A stretch of DNA of 64,000 nucleotides from Candidatus Magasanikiibacteriota bacterium (GTDB taxonomy: Bacteria > Patescibacteriota > Patescibacteriia > Magasanikbacterales > UBA922): assembly GCA_016193335.1 (NCBI GenBank), contig JACPSK010000001.1:279424-343423 (forward strand). The letters are read 5' to 3'. The translations under genes and the position numbers were made by a program. The notes below the pieces were generated by a model, which worked only from the letters and a program-made list of their open reading frames with translations, was not told where the DNA came from and made no database searches. Below, piece by piece: positions 55,848-64,000 of the stretch. How positions within the stretch are numbered: position 1 is the first letter of the stretch; each line of letters begins with the position of its first letter.

Positions 55848-57938
55848 CTATTCCAAATGCACTCTATGGTCCCATTCTTGCACCTTCTCTTTCAATAATG
55901 GATACTCACCAAAATCTATTCCTCGCGCCAATTCTCTAGCCTTTCGTATAAGTTCAGTGTCCCGCATGGTCGCCAATCTCAAATTCATCATTCCGCTCTG
56001 TGCCGTGCCGTATACATCGCCCGGACCTCGTCGTTCCAAATCATATTCCGCCAATCTAAACCCATCACTGCATTTCTCAAAAAAAGACAGCCGCTCTTTT
56101 ACTGTATCAGAACCACTGTCGCTAAACAAAAAACAATAAGACTGATGCTCGCTTCTGCCCACCCGCCCGCGAAATTGATGCAATTCCGCCAAACCGAAAT
56201 GCTCTGCGCCTTCTACAAGCATTACGCTCGCGTTTGGTATGTTTACTCCCACTTCAATGATGGAAGTTGAAACCAAGATCTGTGTTTCTCCCGCGGCAAA
56301 ACTTTTTGTTATCTTGTCTTTTTCCGCGCTCTTCATCTTCCCGTGAAGGTGGGCTATATTACAATCAGGAAAAATCGTCTCTGACAATATTTCATATTCG
56401 GCCAACACAGATTTACGATCATTTCCCTTTTCCAAATCCTCCTCAATCAAAGGACAAACAACAAAGACTTGTCTCCCCTTTTTAATTTGTTCTCGTATAA
56501 AATCATAAGCTTTTTCTCTATTATGCGGATCCACGAAACGGGTTTTGATTTCTTTTCTTCCGGCCGGCATTTCCTTGAGCACAGAAATATCCAGATCTCC
56601 ATACAAGGTCAAGGCGAATGAACGCGGTATGGGCGTGGCAGTCATGCTCAAAAAATGGGGCTCTGTGTTTCGATCTCCGGATTGCTCGCGAATTTTTTTG
56701 CGCTGTTCCACGCCAAAGCGCTGCTGTTCATCCACAATCACCAAAGCCAAATTATTGAAGCGCAGAGACTCAGAAAGTATGGCATGAGTCCCCACCAATA
56801 TATCCACAGCCCCCTCTTTGAGCAATCCGAGAAGCTCTTCCCGTTTTCCTTTTTTTGTTTTTTGGGTAAACGCGCCATTAAAAAGCTCAGACTCAGAAGC
56901 GCTTAGCAAACCGAGAACGATTTTGTCTTTATACAATCTACTCAATGACTCAAAATGCTGGCGCGCCAAAATTTCAGTTGGCGCCATAAAAGCGGCCTGC
57001 TTTTTATTCAAAGCCACTGCGTACAAAACCAAAGCCGCCACCGCGGTTTTCCCGGAGCCTACTTCACCTTCAAGCAAACGATTCATCGGCGTTTCTTTTC
57101 CCAAATCCCGTAGTATTTCCCAAGCCGCTTTTTTCTGATCCTGGGTGAGTCCGAAAGGAAGACTTGAAACAAAATCCTTTATTTCTCTTTCTTTAAAAAA
57201 AATAGACTCGGCTCGAGCTTCTTTGATTGACTGGCGTATCATCTCGGCCCGCAATTGCAAAATAAATAACTCATCAAATTTCAGCCTTGTTTCAGCTTTT
57301 TTTAAAAATGCTTCATCTTTTGGAAAATGTATCTCTTGAATAGCGACGGGAAGAAGCATCAAGCCTGTTTTGTTCATTATCATTTTCGGAAGCCAATCTT
57401 CCACGCTTTTATGTATTTTTTCTTTTAAAATTTGATGAATGAAAGAACGAAGTTGTTTTTGCGTGATGCCGTCAGTGAGATGATAAAGAGGAACAATTCT
57501 CGCCGTATGTGAAGAAACATCAGGTCTGACTTTTTCATACGCAGGTCCTACCATCTGAACCCCAAGCATATCTTCTTTTATTTTTCCGGATAGATAAACC
57601 CTATCTCCTGTCTTGATATTTTTTATGATAAAGGGCTGACCAAACCATAAAACTCTAAGTTGTTCTGTTCCATCGCTCACCAGAGCTTCGGTAAGCATGG
57701 TTCGTTTTCGATGGCTCCGTCTGTTCGCAATCAGTTCCACGGTTCCGGATATGGTTACTCGCTGTCCGTCTTTGAGTTCAGAAATGGGTAAAATCTGACG
57801 ATAATCTTCATAACGAAAGGGAAAATAAAACAAGAGATCTTTAAGAGTCTCTATGCCCAAACGCTTCAGACGCGATTCCAGAGTTTTGCCTACGCGGCTC
57901 AGATGCCGTACCGGAGTTTGGAGGTCCATAGTAGACAT
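55848..57938 (-). CDS. recG: ATP-dependent DNA helicase RecG
   Basis: 696 aa. Wedge domain, helicase motif I LLEGEVGSGKTAVA, DEAH-like VIVDEQQRFG, motif VI. Confidence 0.9.
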   Translation of the reverse strand: MSTMDLQTPVRHLSRVGKTLESRLKRLGIETLKDLLFYFPFRYEDYRQILPISELKDGQRVTISGTVELIANRRSHRKRTMLTEALVSDGTEQLRVLWFGQPFIIKNIKTGDRVYLSGKIKEDMLGVQMVGPAYEKVRPDVSSHTARIVPLYHLTDGITQKQLRSFIHQILKEKIHKSVEDWLPKMIMNKTGLMLLPVAIQEIHFPKDEAFLKKAETRLKFDELFILQLRAEMIRQSIKEARAESIFFKEREIKDFVSSLPFGLTQDQKKAAWEILRDLGKETPMNRLLEGEVGSGKTAVAALVLYAVALNKKQAAFMAPTEILARQHFESLSRLYKDKIVLGLLSASESELFNGAFTQKTKKGKREELLGLLKEGAVDILVGTHAILSESLRFNNLALVIVDEQQRFGVEQRKKIREQSGDRNTEPHFLSMTATPIPRSFALTLYGDLDISVLKEMPAGRKEIKTRFVDPHNREKAYDFIREQIKKGRQVFVVCPLIEEDLEKGNDRKSVLAEYEILSETIFPDCNIAHLHGKMKSAEKDKITKSFAAGETQILVSTSIIEVGVNIPNASVMLVEGAEHFGLAELHQFRGRVGRSEHQSYCFLFSDSGSDTVKERLSFFEKCSDGFRLAEYDLERRGPGDVYGTAQSGMMNLRLATMRDTELIRKARELARGIDFGEYPLLKEKVQEWDHRVHLE

Positions 57939-58055
57939 ATTGTAGCATATTTTGGATCTATCACTTCACGAAATACTTTAAAAATCAGAGAAGGAGAGTG
58001 AAGCAGACTGACTTCTGAGGATTCATAAAATATGTTGTCAGTGGATAAACGCAAG

Positions 58056-58160
58056 CCTATACCTTCACAACATATTAGTTTGGGAGCTGGAGGACGAGTG
58101 CGAGAGCGAAGCGGGATGACTTCCGCAAGCTCCCAAACTAATATGTTGTGAAGGTATAGG
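58056..58160. repeat. Conserved ~105-nt palindromic element, locus B (perfect 33-bp stem cctataccttcacaacatattagtttgggagct around the same GC-rich core)
   Basis: Arms are exact reverse complements. Core gaggacgagtgcgagagcgaagcgggatgacttccgca. Lies at the boundary of the high-GC island, upstream of recG. Confidence 0.55.
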
Positions 58161-58225
58161 CGTCTATAGACGTAGACATTTTGCTTTCCTCACTCGGTCC
58201 TTTACAGCAAAGACAAAGAGTTGGA

Positions 58226-58262
58226 AGCAGGGCTCGCGGATGCGATGAGCCCTGCGAGAGGC
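58226..58262 (-). terminator. Hairpin (gcagggctc-loop-gagccctgc) with U-rich tail downstream of the ALDH gene (minus-strand sense)
   Basis: 9-bp perfect GC-rich stem. The minus strand continues ttccaactctttgtcttt. Confidence 0.4.
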
Positions 58263-58291
58263 GAGAGTCCGGCTATGACCGGACGAAAGAA

Positions 58292-60673
58292 CTAGGCGCC
58301 CTTCAAGATGAAGGTGCTCGTCACCTGAGTGGCCTGGCGCAGGAATTCCAGGGACTCCCCCTGGGGTCCGGCCCAGTCAAAGGACGCATCAAGCTCGGTC
58401 CAGGTCCGCTTCATGTCTCTGGCCGAGGCTTTCTCCACGCGTGTGGCCAAAGCCCCGTCACCCCAGCACCAGACCGAGTCCACGTTCCCGTGGTTGGCCA
58501 GGTTCAAGGCGATGGCGTCCGGCTGAGACGCGGTGAGGATATTCAAGACCCCGGGAGGAAGATCCGAAGTCTGGGCGATCTCCACAAGGGTCATGGCCGT
58601 GAGCGGGTGCTTGCCAGAGACCAAGACCACGGTGTTGCCCCTGGCGAGAGCAGGCGCCAAAGAACCAATCAAACCGAGAAGCGGGAAAGCATCCGGCGCG
58701 CGAATGCCGATCACTCCGACCGGCTCGTAGCTGCTGGTCGCTTCAAAACTCGGATCAGCAAGACTCCCCACCCTGCCGGCGTGGTTCACCGCCTGAGAGG
58801 CCCAGTAGCTCAGCCGGCTGAGCGTGAGCGTGAGCTCCTCGCGCGCCTCTGCCATGCCACAGCCGGTCTGCTGAATCAGCTCGCGGATGAGACGATCTCG
58901 GCCAAGGAAGATCTTCTCCCGCATGAACAGGAGCACCTTGCGACGAAGATCCGGTCCTTTGAGAGCCCAGGAAGCCTGGGCATCGGAGGCCGCAGTGACC
59001 GCGTCTCGGACATCCTTCCTGGATGCCTCGCCGACATCGCCAAGATAAACGCCCGAAGGCGACAGCACCTCAAAGCTCCTTCCTCCGTCAGGCCGCTTCA
59101 GCGCACCGCCAATCAGGAAGCGGTGGGTCACGTCAATGACCCCAAGGCCAGAGTCATCAGCCAACGAAACACCGGCTTCTTCGGACCGCGCGCCTCGAGC
59201 CTTGGCCGGCGGATAGTCTTCCAAGGTCACATCGAGCATGCCCTCCGGACCGCCTTCGCTTCCTTTGCCGCTTCTGCGAGCACCGCTGAAAGGCAAATCG
59301 CCGTCAAAGACCTCGGCGCAGTTCACCCAGCGGGTGCCGGCCTTGATCCGGCTTGCCACATGGTGAGCCTTGTCCGTGTCGTTCGACCACACCGAGCAGG
59401 CCAGGCCGTACTCAGTGTTGCCGGCCAAGCGAATGGCATCCTCAGTGGTCGTGAACGTCATCACGGCGAGGACCGGTCCAAAGACCTCGTCCCTGGCCAC
59501 CGAGTTACTGGGGTCAACCATGAGGAGTGTGGGGCGCACAAAGAAACCGGCCTCGGGCAAGGTGCAATCGGGCTGCCAAACTTCGGCGCCTTCCTCCCTT
59601 GCGAGATGGATCATACCGGTAACTTTTTCGAACTGAGCCTTCGAGTTGAGCGGGCCCATGTCCGTGCTCTTATCGAGAGGATCTCCCACGCGAATGCGCG
59701 CGAAGCGCCTCTTGAGCCGCTCCACGAGAGACGGCATCACTGCCTCATGTACGATCAGTCGAGAGCAGGCACAGCAGACTTCTCCCTTGTTGAAGAGAAT
59801 GCTGCGCACCACAGCCTCGACCACGGCATCAAGGTCAGCGTCTTCACAGACCACCATGGGCGACTTGCCGCCCAACTCCAAAGTCAATCGCTTGCCGCTT
59901 CCGGCCGTGGCTTCGCGAATCGAAGCGCCGGCGGCCGTAGAGCCGGTGAAGCTGATCTTCCAAGGAGTCCGGTGAGCTACCACCAGCTTGCCGGTTTCCC
60001 GGTTGCCGGTAACAATGTTCAGCACACCGGGCGGCAAGCCGACGCGCCGGCAGATCCCGGCAAAATACATGGCGGTAACCGGCGTGGTATCGCCCGGTTT
60101 GATGACCATGGTATTGCCGGCCGCGAGAGCGGCCCCCACTTTCCATGCCAAAAGCATGAGGGGGAAGTTCCATGCATACACGGCTCCGACCACGCCTCCG
60201 GGCTTGCGGCCCGGGAACAGCCTCTCGAAGAGACGGGCGTATGTCGCCTGCTGTCCGAAATGCCTGGCAGTGACTGGAATGTCCGCCAGCCTGGTCTCGC
60301 GGAAAGGCTTGCCTGTGTCCAAAGCCTCGAGAACCTCGAAATCCCGACGGAACTTGAGAATCTGCCGCTCGAAAGCATACAGGTACTCGGCCCGCGCGGC
60401 ACCCGAGAGAGCGCTCCACGCAGGGAATGCGGCGGCGGCTGCAGCGTAAGCCGCGTCCACGTCTGCCGCGTTGCCCTGGGTAAAGCGAGCCAGAACCTTG
60501 CCTGTGGCAGGGTTAATGGCATCCAACATGTCGACGCCGGGGTTAGTGAACTCACCGCCGATGAAGTGGCCGAAACCACCCTCACGGCTCAGCCAGGCGA
60601 GAGCCTCTTTAGGACTCTCCGGCGCCGGACTGTACTTGAAAGGTCCGGTCAAGCTAAAAGTTCTTGCTTCCAT
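58292..60673 (-). CDS. NAD(P)-dependent aldehyde dehydrogenase with an additional C-terminal partial ALDH-like domain; high-GC (~62%) gene
   Basis: 793 aa. First ~480 aa is a full ALDH (GGKSPMVVCEDADLD, FNKGEVCCACSRLIVHE catalytic Cys, ELGGKSP). Residues ~500-793 repeat an ALDH-like N-terminal/NAD-binding fold without a clear catalytic Cys. The plus-strand 843-aa ORF 58181..60712 is an antisense artefact of high GC. Confidence 0.75.
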   Translation of the reverse strand: MEARTFSLTGPFKYSPAPESPKEALAWLSREGGFGHFIGGEFTNPGVDMLDAINPATGKVLARFTQGNAADVDAAYAAAAAAFPAWSALSGAARAEYLYAFERQILKFRRDFEVLEALDTGKPFRETRLADIPVTARHFGQQATYARLFERLFPGRKPGGVVGAVYAWNFPLMLLAWKVGAALAAGNTMVIKPGDTTPVTAMYFAGICRRVGLPPGVLNIVTGNRETGKLVVAHRTPWKISFTGSTAAGASIREATAGSGKRLTLELGGKSPMVVCEDADLDAVVEAVVRSILFNKGEVCCACSRLIVHEAVMPSLVERLKRRFARIRVGDPLDKSTDMGPLNSKAQFEKVTGMIHLAREEGAEVWQPDCTLPEAGFFVRPTLLMVDPSNSVARDEVFGPVLAVMTFTTTEDAIRLAGNTEYGLACSVWSNDTDKAHHVASRIKAGTRWVNCAEVFDGDLPFSGARRSGKGSEGGPEGMLDVTLEDYPPAKARGARSEEAGVSLADDSGLGVIDVTHRFLIGGALKRPDGGRSFEVLSPSGVYLGDVGEASRKDVRDAVTAASDAQASWALKGPDLRRKVLLFMREKIFLGRDRLIRELIQQTGCGMAEAREELTLTLSRLSYWASQAVNHAGRVGSLADPSFEATSSYEPVGVIGIRAPDAFPLLGLIGSLAPALARGNTVVLVSGKHPLTAMTLVEIAQTSDLPPGVLNILTASQPDAIALNLANHGNVDSVWCWGDGALATRVEKASARDMKRTWTELDASFDWAGPQGESLEFLRQATQVTSTFILKGA

Positions 60674-60687
60674 TTTCCTCTCTCCTA

Positions 60688-61638
60688 TCAGCCGATCGGG
60701 ATCTCGGTGTAGTCGGCGTACTTGTCGCCGCCACCGTCCGCGTTCGTGGTAAGCTGGGCGATCAAGTCGTCCAGAAGCGTACTCGCGCCGATCCTGAAGA
60801 GGCGCGGCTCGAGCCAGCTCGGGTCGAGAGTACCCAGCTCTTCGTTCATGAGGACAAACCAGGCACGAGCCTGGGCCGCCTTGCCAATGCCGCCGGCAGG
60901 TTTGAAACCCACCATACGGCCAGGGTCCACCTCGGTGTAGAACCAGCGAATCATGCGGAGCATGACCAAGCCCACCGGCAAGGTCGCGTTGACCTTCTCC
61001 ATGCCGGTTGAAGTCTTGATGAAGTCAGCCCCTGCCATCATGGCCACGCAGGCCGCCTTGGCAATGATCTGGTAGTCTGCCAAGTCACCGACCCCGAGGA
61101 TCACCTTCAGATGAGCCTGGCCACAGACCTCGCGGAAAGCCACAAGCTCGTCGTAGAGTTCCCGCCAGCGCTCGCAGAGTGCCAGCCCGCGGCGAATCAC
61201 CACGTCGATCTCAGCGGCTCCTGCCTCCACCGCTCCGCGAATCTGAGCACAGCGCTCTTCGAGCGAAGAGTTCTGCCCGTGCGGAAAGTCTGTGGACACA
61301 GCCGCCACAGGCACTCGCCCGTAGAGGGCTGCAACGGCAACGGGAACCTGCTGTCTGTACACGCAGACTCCGCCAACCGTCAGTGGCTCGTTATAGCCCA
61401 GCTTGGCCAAAACCCCGGACGGAACCGGAGCCAAAGCCTTGCGGCAGAGACGCCGCACGTTGCCGGGGGTGTCTCCACCCTTCAAGGTGGTGTCATCAAT
61501 GAGACCCACCAAACGGAGATCCGCCTCCACCTGAGAATCTCCCTTGATGCTCCGCCTGGAAACCAGGTCTGCGGCGTCTATGTCCACCTGGGGCCTGCTC
61601 GCATGAACGTGAGACAGAATCCCAGGATCCCAAACCAT
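60688..61638 (-). CDS. deoC: Deoxyribose-phosphate aldolase, long (class II-like) form. High-GC gene, start trimmed so it does not overlap tRNA-Arg
   Basis: LIDDTTLKGGDT, VCVYRQQVP, VSTDFPHGQ, Schiff-base Lys region FIKTSTGMEKVNAT, GFKPAGGI. The six-frame call to 61842 would run through the tRNA at 61785-61856, so the start was moved to Met at 61638. Confidence 0.75.
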   Translation of the reverse strand: MVWDPGILSHVHASRPQVDIDAADLVSRRSIKGDSQVEADLRLVGLIDDTTLKGGDTPGNVRRLCRKALAPVPSGVLAKLGYNEPLTVGGVCVYRQQVPVAVAALYGRVPVAAVSTDFPHGQNSSLEERCAQIRGAVEAGAAEIDVVIRRGLALCERWRELYDELVAFREVCGQAHLKVILGVGDLADYQIIAKAACVAMMAGADFIKTSTGMEKVNATLPVGLVMLRMIRWFYTEVDPGRMVGFKPAGGIGKAAQARAWFVLMNEELGTLDPSWLEPRLFRIGASTLLDDLIAQLTTNADGGGDKYADYTEIPIG

Positions 61639-61784
61639 GGGCGCAAGCACAGGGTGCCTTGCCCTTTCAACAAAACCAGTACCAGTCTGAGTATCCAAAA
61701 AACACCTCGCCTGTAGGTTGTTGCTTGCACAAATGTGCCCGCTGACTCTACTGTATTGAGGTGTTTTTGTAAAGGTATATCGTG

Positions 61785-61856
61785 TGCTCTCGGCAGGAAT
61801 CGAACCTGCATTGCCAGATCCGCAATCTGGTGTCCTATCCATTGAACGACAAGAGC
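61785..61856 (-). tRNA. tRNA-Arg (anticodon GCG)
   Basis: Reverse complement gives gctcttg-tc-gttc-aatggata-ggac-a-ccaga-ttGCGga-tctgg-caat-gcagg-ttcgatt-cctgc-cgagagc-a. All stems pair (one G-U). Confidence 0.8.
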
Positions 61857-61989
61857 TAAATAATTTTTTTGAATCGCGTTCTCTCAGCGTAAAGTTTGGC
61901 CAGTATAATAAATGACAAACAAAAAGTCAACCATTCGGCTGACGCTTTACAGACCAAAATTTTTGGAGTTACCGACAAAACTTAGCGTT

Positions 61990-62505
61990 CTAATGCATCA
62001 ACCATCTGCGCGCAAACATATCGCTAAAGGGTTCTTCTTCCCGTTCCGTGTCTTCGGGCAAAAATTCCCGCAAGGTAAAACGAATTTCACTCGGGTCTTG
62101 ATCTCCAAGAGGCACACGTATCCTCGGGCGAGCGCTTGAACGCGGTTCAAAAAATAAGGTCTTTATCTCGGGAGGATTATATATAATGTAAAAATTTTCA
62201 AGCTCAGAATATGAATAAAACCTGCTATTAATAACAATCCCCAACTCAGTGATCCGGAAAGGCAAACGCGGGGGATCTTGTTGAGACTGCAAAAATAAAA
62301 TAATGGAAAAAAGAACTATAATGAGAGCGAACAAAAAATTGCCGGTGAATAAAGCATAAGCCACGAGAGCCAAACCAATGACAAGCATGCAGGTGTACCA
62401 CAAAACGTTGCGCTTATGTTGTTCGTATTCCAAAATCGTCCATTCATGCAGGACTTCTCCGGTTAGCGTATTGCTATGGTGCACTGATTTTGGCATATAG
62501 GACAA
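61990..62505 (-). CDS. Hypothetical 2-TM membrane protein
   Basis: 171 aa. Two hydrophobic helices (WYTCMLVIGLALVAYALF, FLFALIIVLFSIILFL). No motif recognised. Confidence 0.45.
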   Translation of the reverse strand: MSYMPKSVHHSNTLTGEVLHEWTILEYEQHKRNVLWYTCMLVIGLALVAYALFTGNFLFALIIVLFSIILFLQSQQDPPRLPFRITELGIVINSRFYSYSELENFYIIYNPPEIKTLFFEPRSSARPRIRVPLGDQDPSEIRFTLREFLPEDTEREEEPFSDMFARRWLMH

Positions 62506-62614
62506 TTATAGCACAGGATTGTTCCCGGGTACAATCTACAAAAGACGCCAAGGGCGCTCAAGCCGGCCGAATTGTACAATTTCATTTTTTCCTATATACT
62601 GGCAGCGGATTATT

Positions 62615-64000
62615 ATGGAAGAACAGCACATAAATTTTGTGGAGCAAAACACCGAGGAACCGCGGGACAAAAATACCAAATGGCGCCTGGGTATTTTTTT
62701 GTTTATAACGGTACTGCTCATCTCGGGCTTCATATTGTATTCACGAACAAAAACCGAACTCCCCGCTGACCCGGGAGCCTACGATCCCGTGACTCTTGAG
62801 CCCAAAAAACCAGAAGGATTTCTTAAAAAAATATCCTATTTCGTGTTCAAAAAAGGGAATGAAACACTGGAAGGACAAAAAGACGACCAAATCAATATTT
62901 TGCTCCTCGGCATGGGGGGGCCTGGCCATGATGGACCTTTTTTGAGCGACACCATCATTATCGCCAGTCTTAAACCGAGCAGCAAACAAATTGCCCTCGT
63001 CTCAGTCCCTCGGGATCTCGGCGTCAATATCCCTGGTTATGGATTCACAAAAATAAACCATGCCAACGCGTATGGTGAAAATCAAAAAAAAGATTGGGGC
63101 GGAGCCTACGCGGCCGAGATCATAGCAGACACGCTTGACATCGAGATCCCCTATTATGTGAGGATAGACTTCAAAGCCTTTGAGGAAATTATAGACGAGA
63201 TAGACGGCGTCACGGTAGAGGTAGAACGCTCATTTACCGATGCTCTCTATCCTGCCCCTGATGATGAATACCAAACGCTGTATTTCAAATCCGGCGTGCA
63301 AACCATGAATGGCTCCACTGCTCTCAAATTCGCCCGTTCAAGACACGGAAACAACGGCGAGGGATCCGATTTCGCCCGAGCTAAAAGACAACAAAAAATC
63401 CTCCTCGCCCTCAAAGAAAAACTCTTGTCTTTTGGAACTCTCGCGAATCCGGTAAGAATCAAAAGAGTTATGGATTCTCTCGAACGACATGTAACGACAA
63501 ACATGGAATTCCCGGAAATACTTTCTTTCATAAAGTTGGCCCGAGAATTTAACACAAAAAATATTACCAGTCTTGTTCTTGATAATTCAGAAAATGGCTT
63601 CCTGCGTGAATCAATTTCCTTGGAAGGCGTCTATCTTCTAGAGCCTAAAACCGGCTCTTTCGAACAGATACACGAGGCCATAACGCATATTTTTGATAAA
63701 GAATATGTAGCGACTGACACAAGCCCCGCGCAAAAAGAGCCCAAACAAGGTGACGCAAACGTGGAGATAATAAACGCCACGTGGAGAGCCGGCTTGGCCG
63801 CTCGAGTCAGAAAACGTTTAAGCGACAAAAACTTCATCATTTCAAGCATTGGCAATGCGCAGGAAAAACCGGTCACGAAAAGTGGCATATACCGTGTTAC
63901 TAAAAAAGAAGTGCAGGACACGGTTCTTGCACTCCAACAAGAATTGAACATACCCATCATCGAACGTTTGCCAGCCATTATCGCCCCTACTTCCAGTACC
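62615..64000 (+). CDS. LytR-CpsA-Psr (LCP) family cell-envelope phosphotransferase, N-terminal TM; partial, runs off the window end
   Basis: ILLLGMGGPGHDGPFLSDTIIIASLKPSSKQIALVSVPRDLGVNIPGYGFTKINHA is the LCP core. ORF open to position 64000. Confidence 0.75.
   Translation, partial: MEEQHINFVEQNTEEPRDKNTKWRLGIFLFITVLLISGFILYSRTKTELPADPGAYDPVTLEPKKPEGFLKKISYFVFKKGNETLEGQKDDQINILLLGMGGPGHDGPFLSDTIIIASLKPSSKQIALVSVPRDLGVNIPGYGFTKINHANAYGENQKKDWGGAYAAEIIADTLDIEIPYYVRIDFKAFEEIIDEIDGVTVEVERSFTDALYPAPDDEYQTLYFKSGVQTMNGSTALKFARSRHGNNGEGSDFARAKRQQKILLALKEKLLSFGTLANPVRIKRVMDSLERHVTTNMEFPEILSFIKLAREFNTKNITSLVLDNSENGFLRESISLEGVYLLEPKTGSFEQIHEAITHIFDKEYVATDTSPAQKEPKQGDANVEIINATWRAGLAARVRKRLSDKNFIISSIGNAQEKPVTKSGIYRVTKKEVQDTVLALQQELNIPIIERLPAIIAPTSST

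Noticed and set aside
58181-60712. 843-aa ORF on the plus strand
   Set aside because: It lies exactly antisense to the high-GC ALDH gene. Its amino-acid composition (R/A/G/P-rich) is typical of GC-driven shadow ORFs, and it has no motif. The minus-strand ALDH has clear catalytic motifs.
60688-61842. Longer DeoC start at 61842
   Set aside because: The extension would read through tRNA-Arg (61785-61856) and translates tRNA sequence (the typical ...GSIPAESTRY-like artefact). The start was moved to the Met at 61638.

Overview
This 64-kb window looks like a compact, moderately low-GC (~42-45%) bacterial chromosome segment. The tight gene packing, weak Shine-Dalgarno usage and a 4023-aa surface protein fit a CPR/Patescibacteria-type genome; that assignment is inference from composition and content only. 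Housekeeping genes I recognise are an ABC-F ATPase, ppsA, pyk, nrdR, ftsZ, ftsA, dgkA, ybeY, yqeY, rpsU, hisS, lepB, a PGM/PMM-family mutase, a ClpC-like AAA+ chaperone, radA, guaB, recG and a partial LCP-family protein. There are four tRNAs: Asp-GTC, Ile-GAT, Val-GAC and Arg-GCG. Two large cell-envelope blocks stand out.

The first block (12868-30433, minus strand) holds three paralogous single-pass proteins with thrombospondin-type-3-like Dx[DN]xDG calcium-binding repeats that end in a GYNPxGxG motif. It also holds a 4023-aa giant adhesin-like protein (LamG, IPT-like and Myxococcus-type Cys-rich repeats) and a 722-aa protein with a paralogous N-terminal region.

The second block (43959-51913, plus strand) holds TolB-like propellers, a DsbA-like oxidoreductase and two modular secreted enzymes. 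One is EEP nuclease ... CHAP-like; the other is alpha/beta-hydrolase ... M15 VanY-like peptidase. Both carry a ~96%-identical (nucleotide) Cys-rich module and a two-helix membrane hairpin.

That same hairpin module (TrbC/VirB2-pilin-like by eye) also forms the N-terminal anchor of the giant protein and of the 722-aa protein. This points to a shared, apparently undescribed surface-display/attack architecture with shuffled catalytic domains.

Other notable content:
- A tRNA-Asp followed by two direct copies of its 3' end, bracketing an AbiEii/antitoxin pair (integrative-element scar).
- A PpsA carrying a C-terminal lipoprotein-like extension.
- Three MITE-like elements with 14-bp TIRs, two of them as a ~150-bp inverted pair bracketing a 4.4-kb segment (lepB, tRNA-Ile, Cas4-like nuclease, CAP-domain protein, a GC-rich DnaA-C-like HTH gene with a consensus sigma70 promoter, NUDIX, tRNA-Val).
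- A GC-rich ~350-bp insert bracketed by palindromic repeat units.
- A ~3.5-kb high-GC (~60%) deoC plus aldehyde-dehydrogenase island abutting tRNA-Arg.
- A conserved ~105-nt palindromic element with a 38-nt GC-rich core present at two intergenic loci with co-varying stems.
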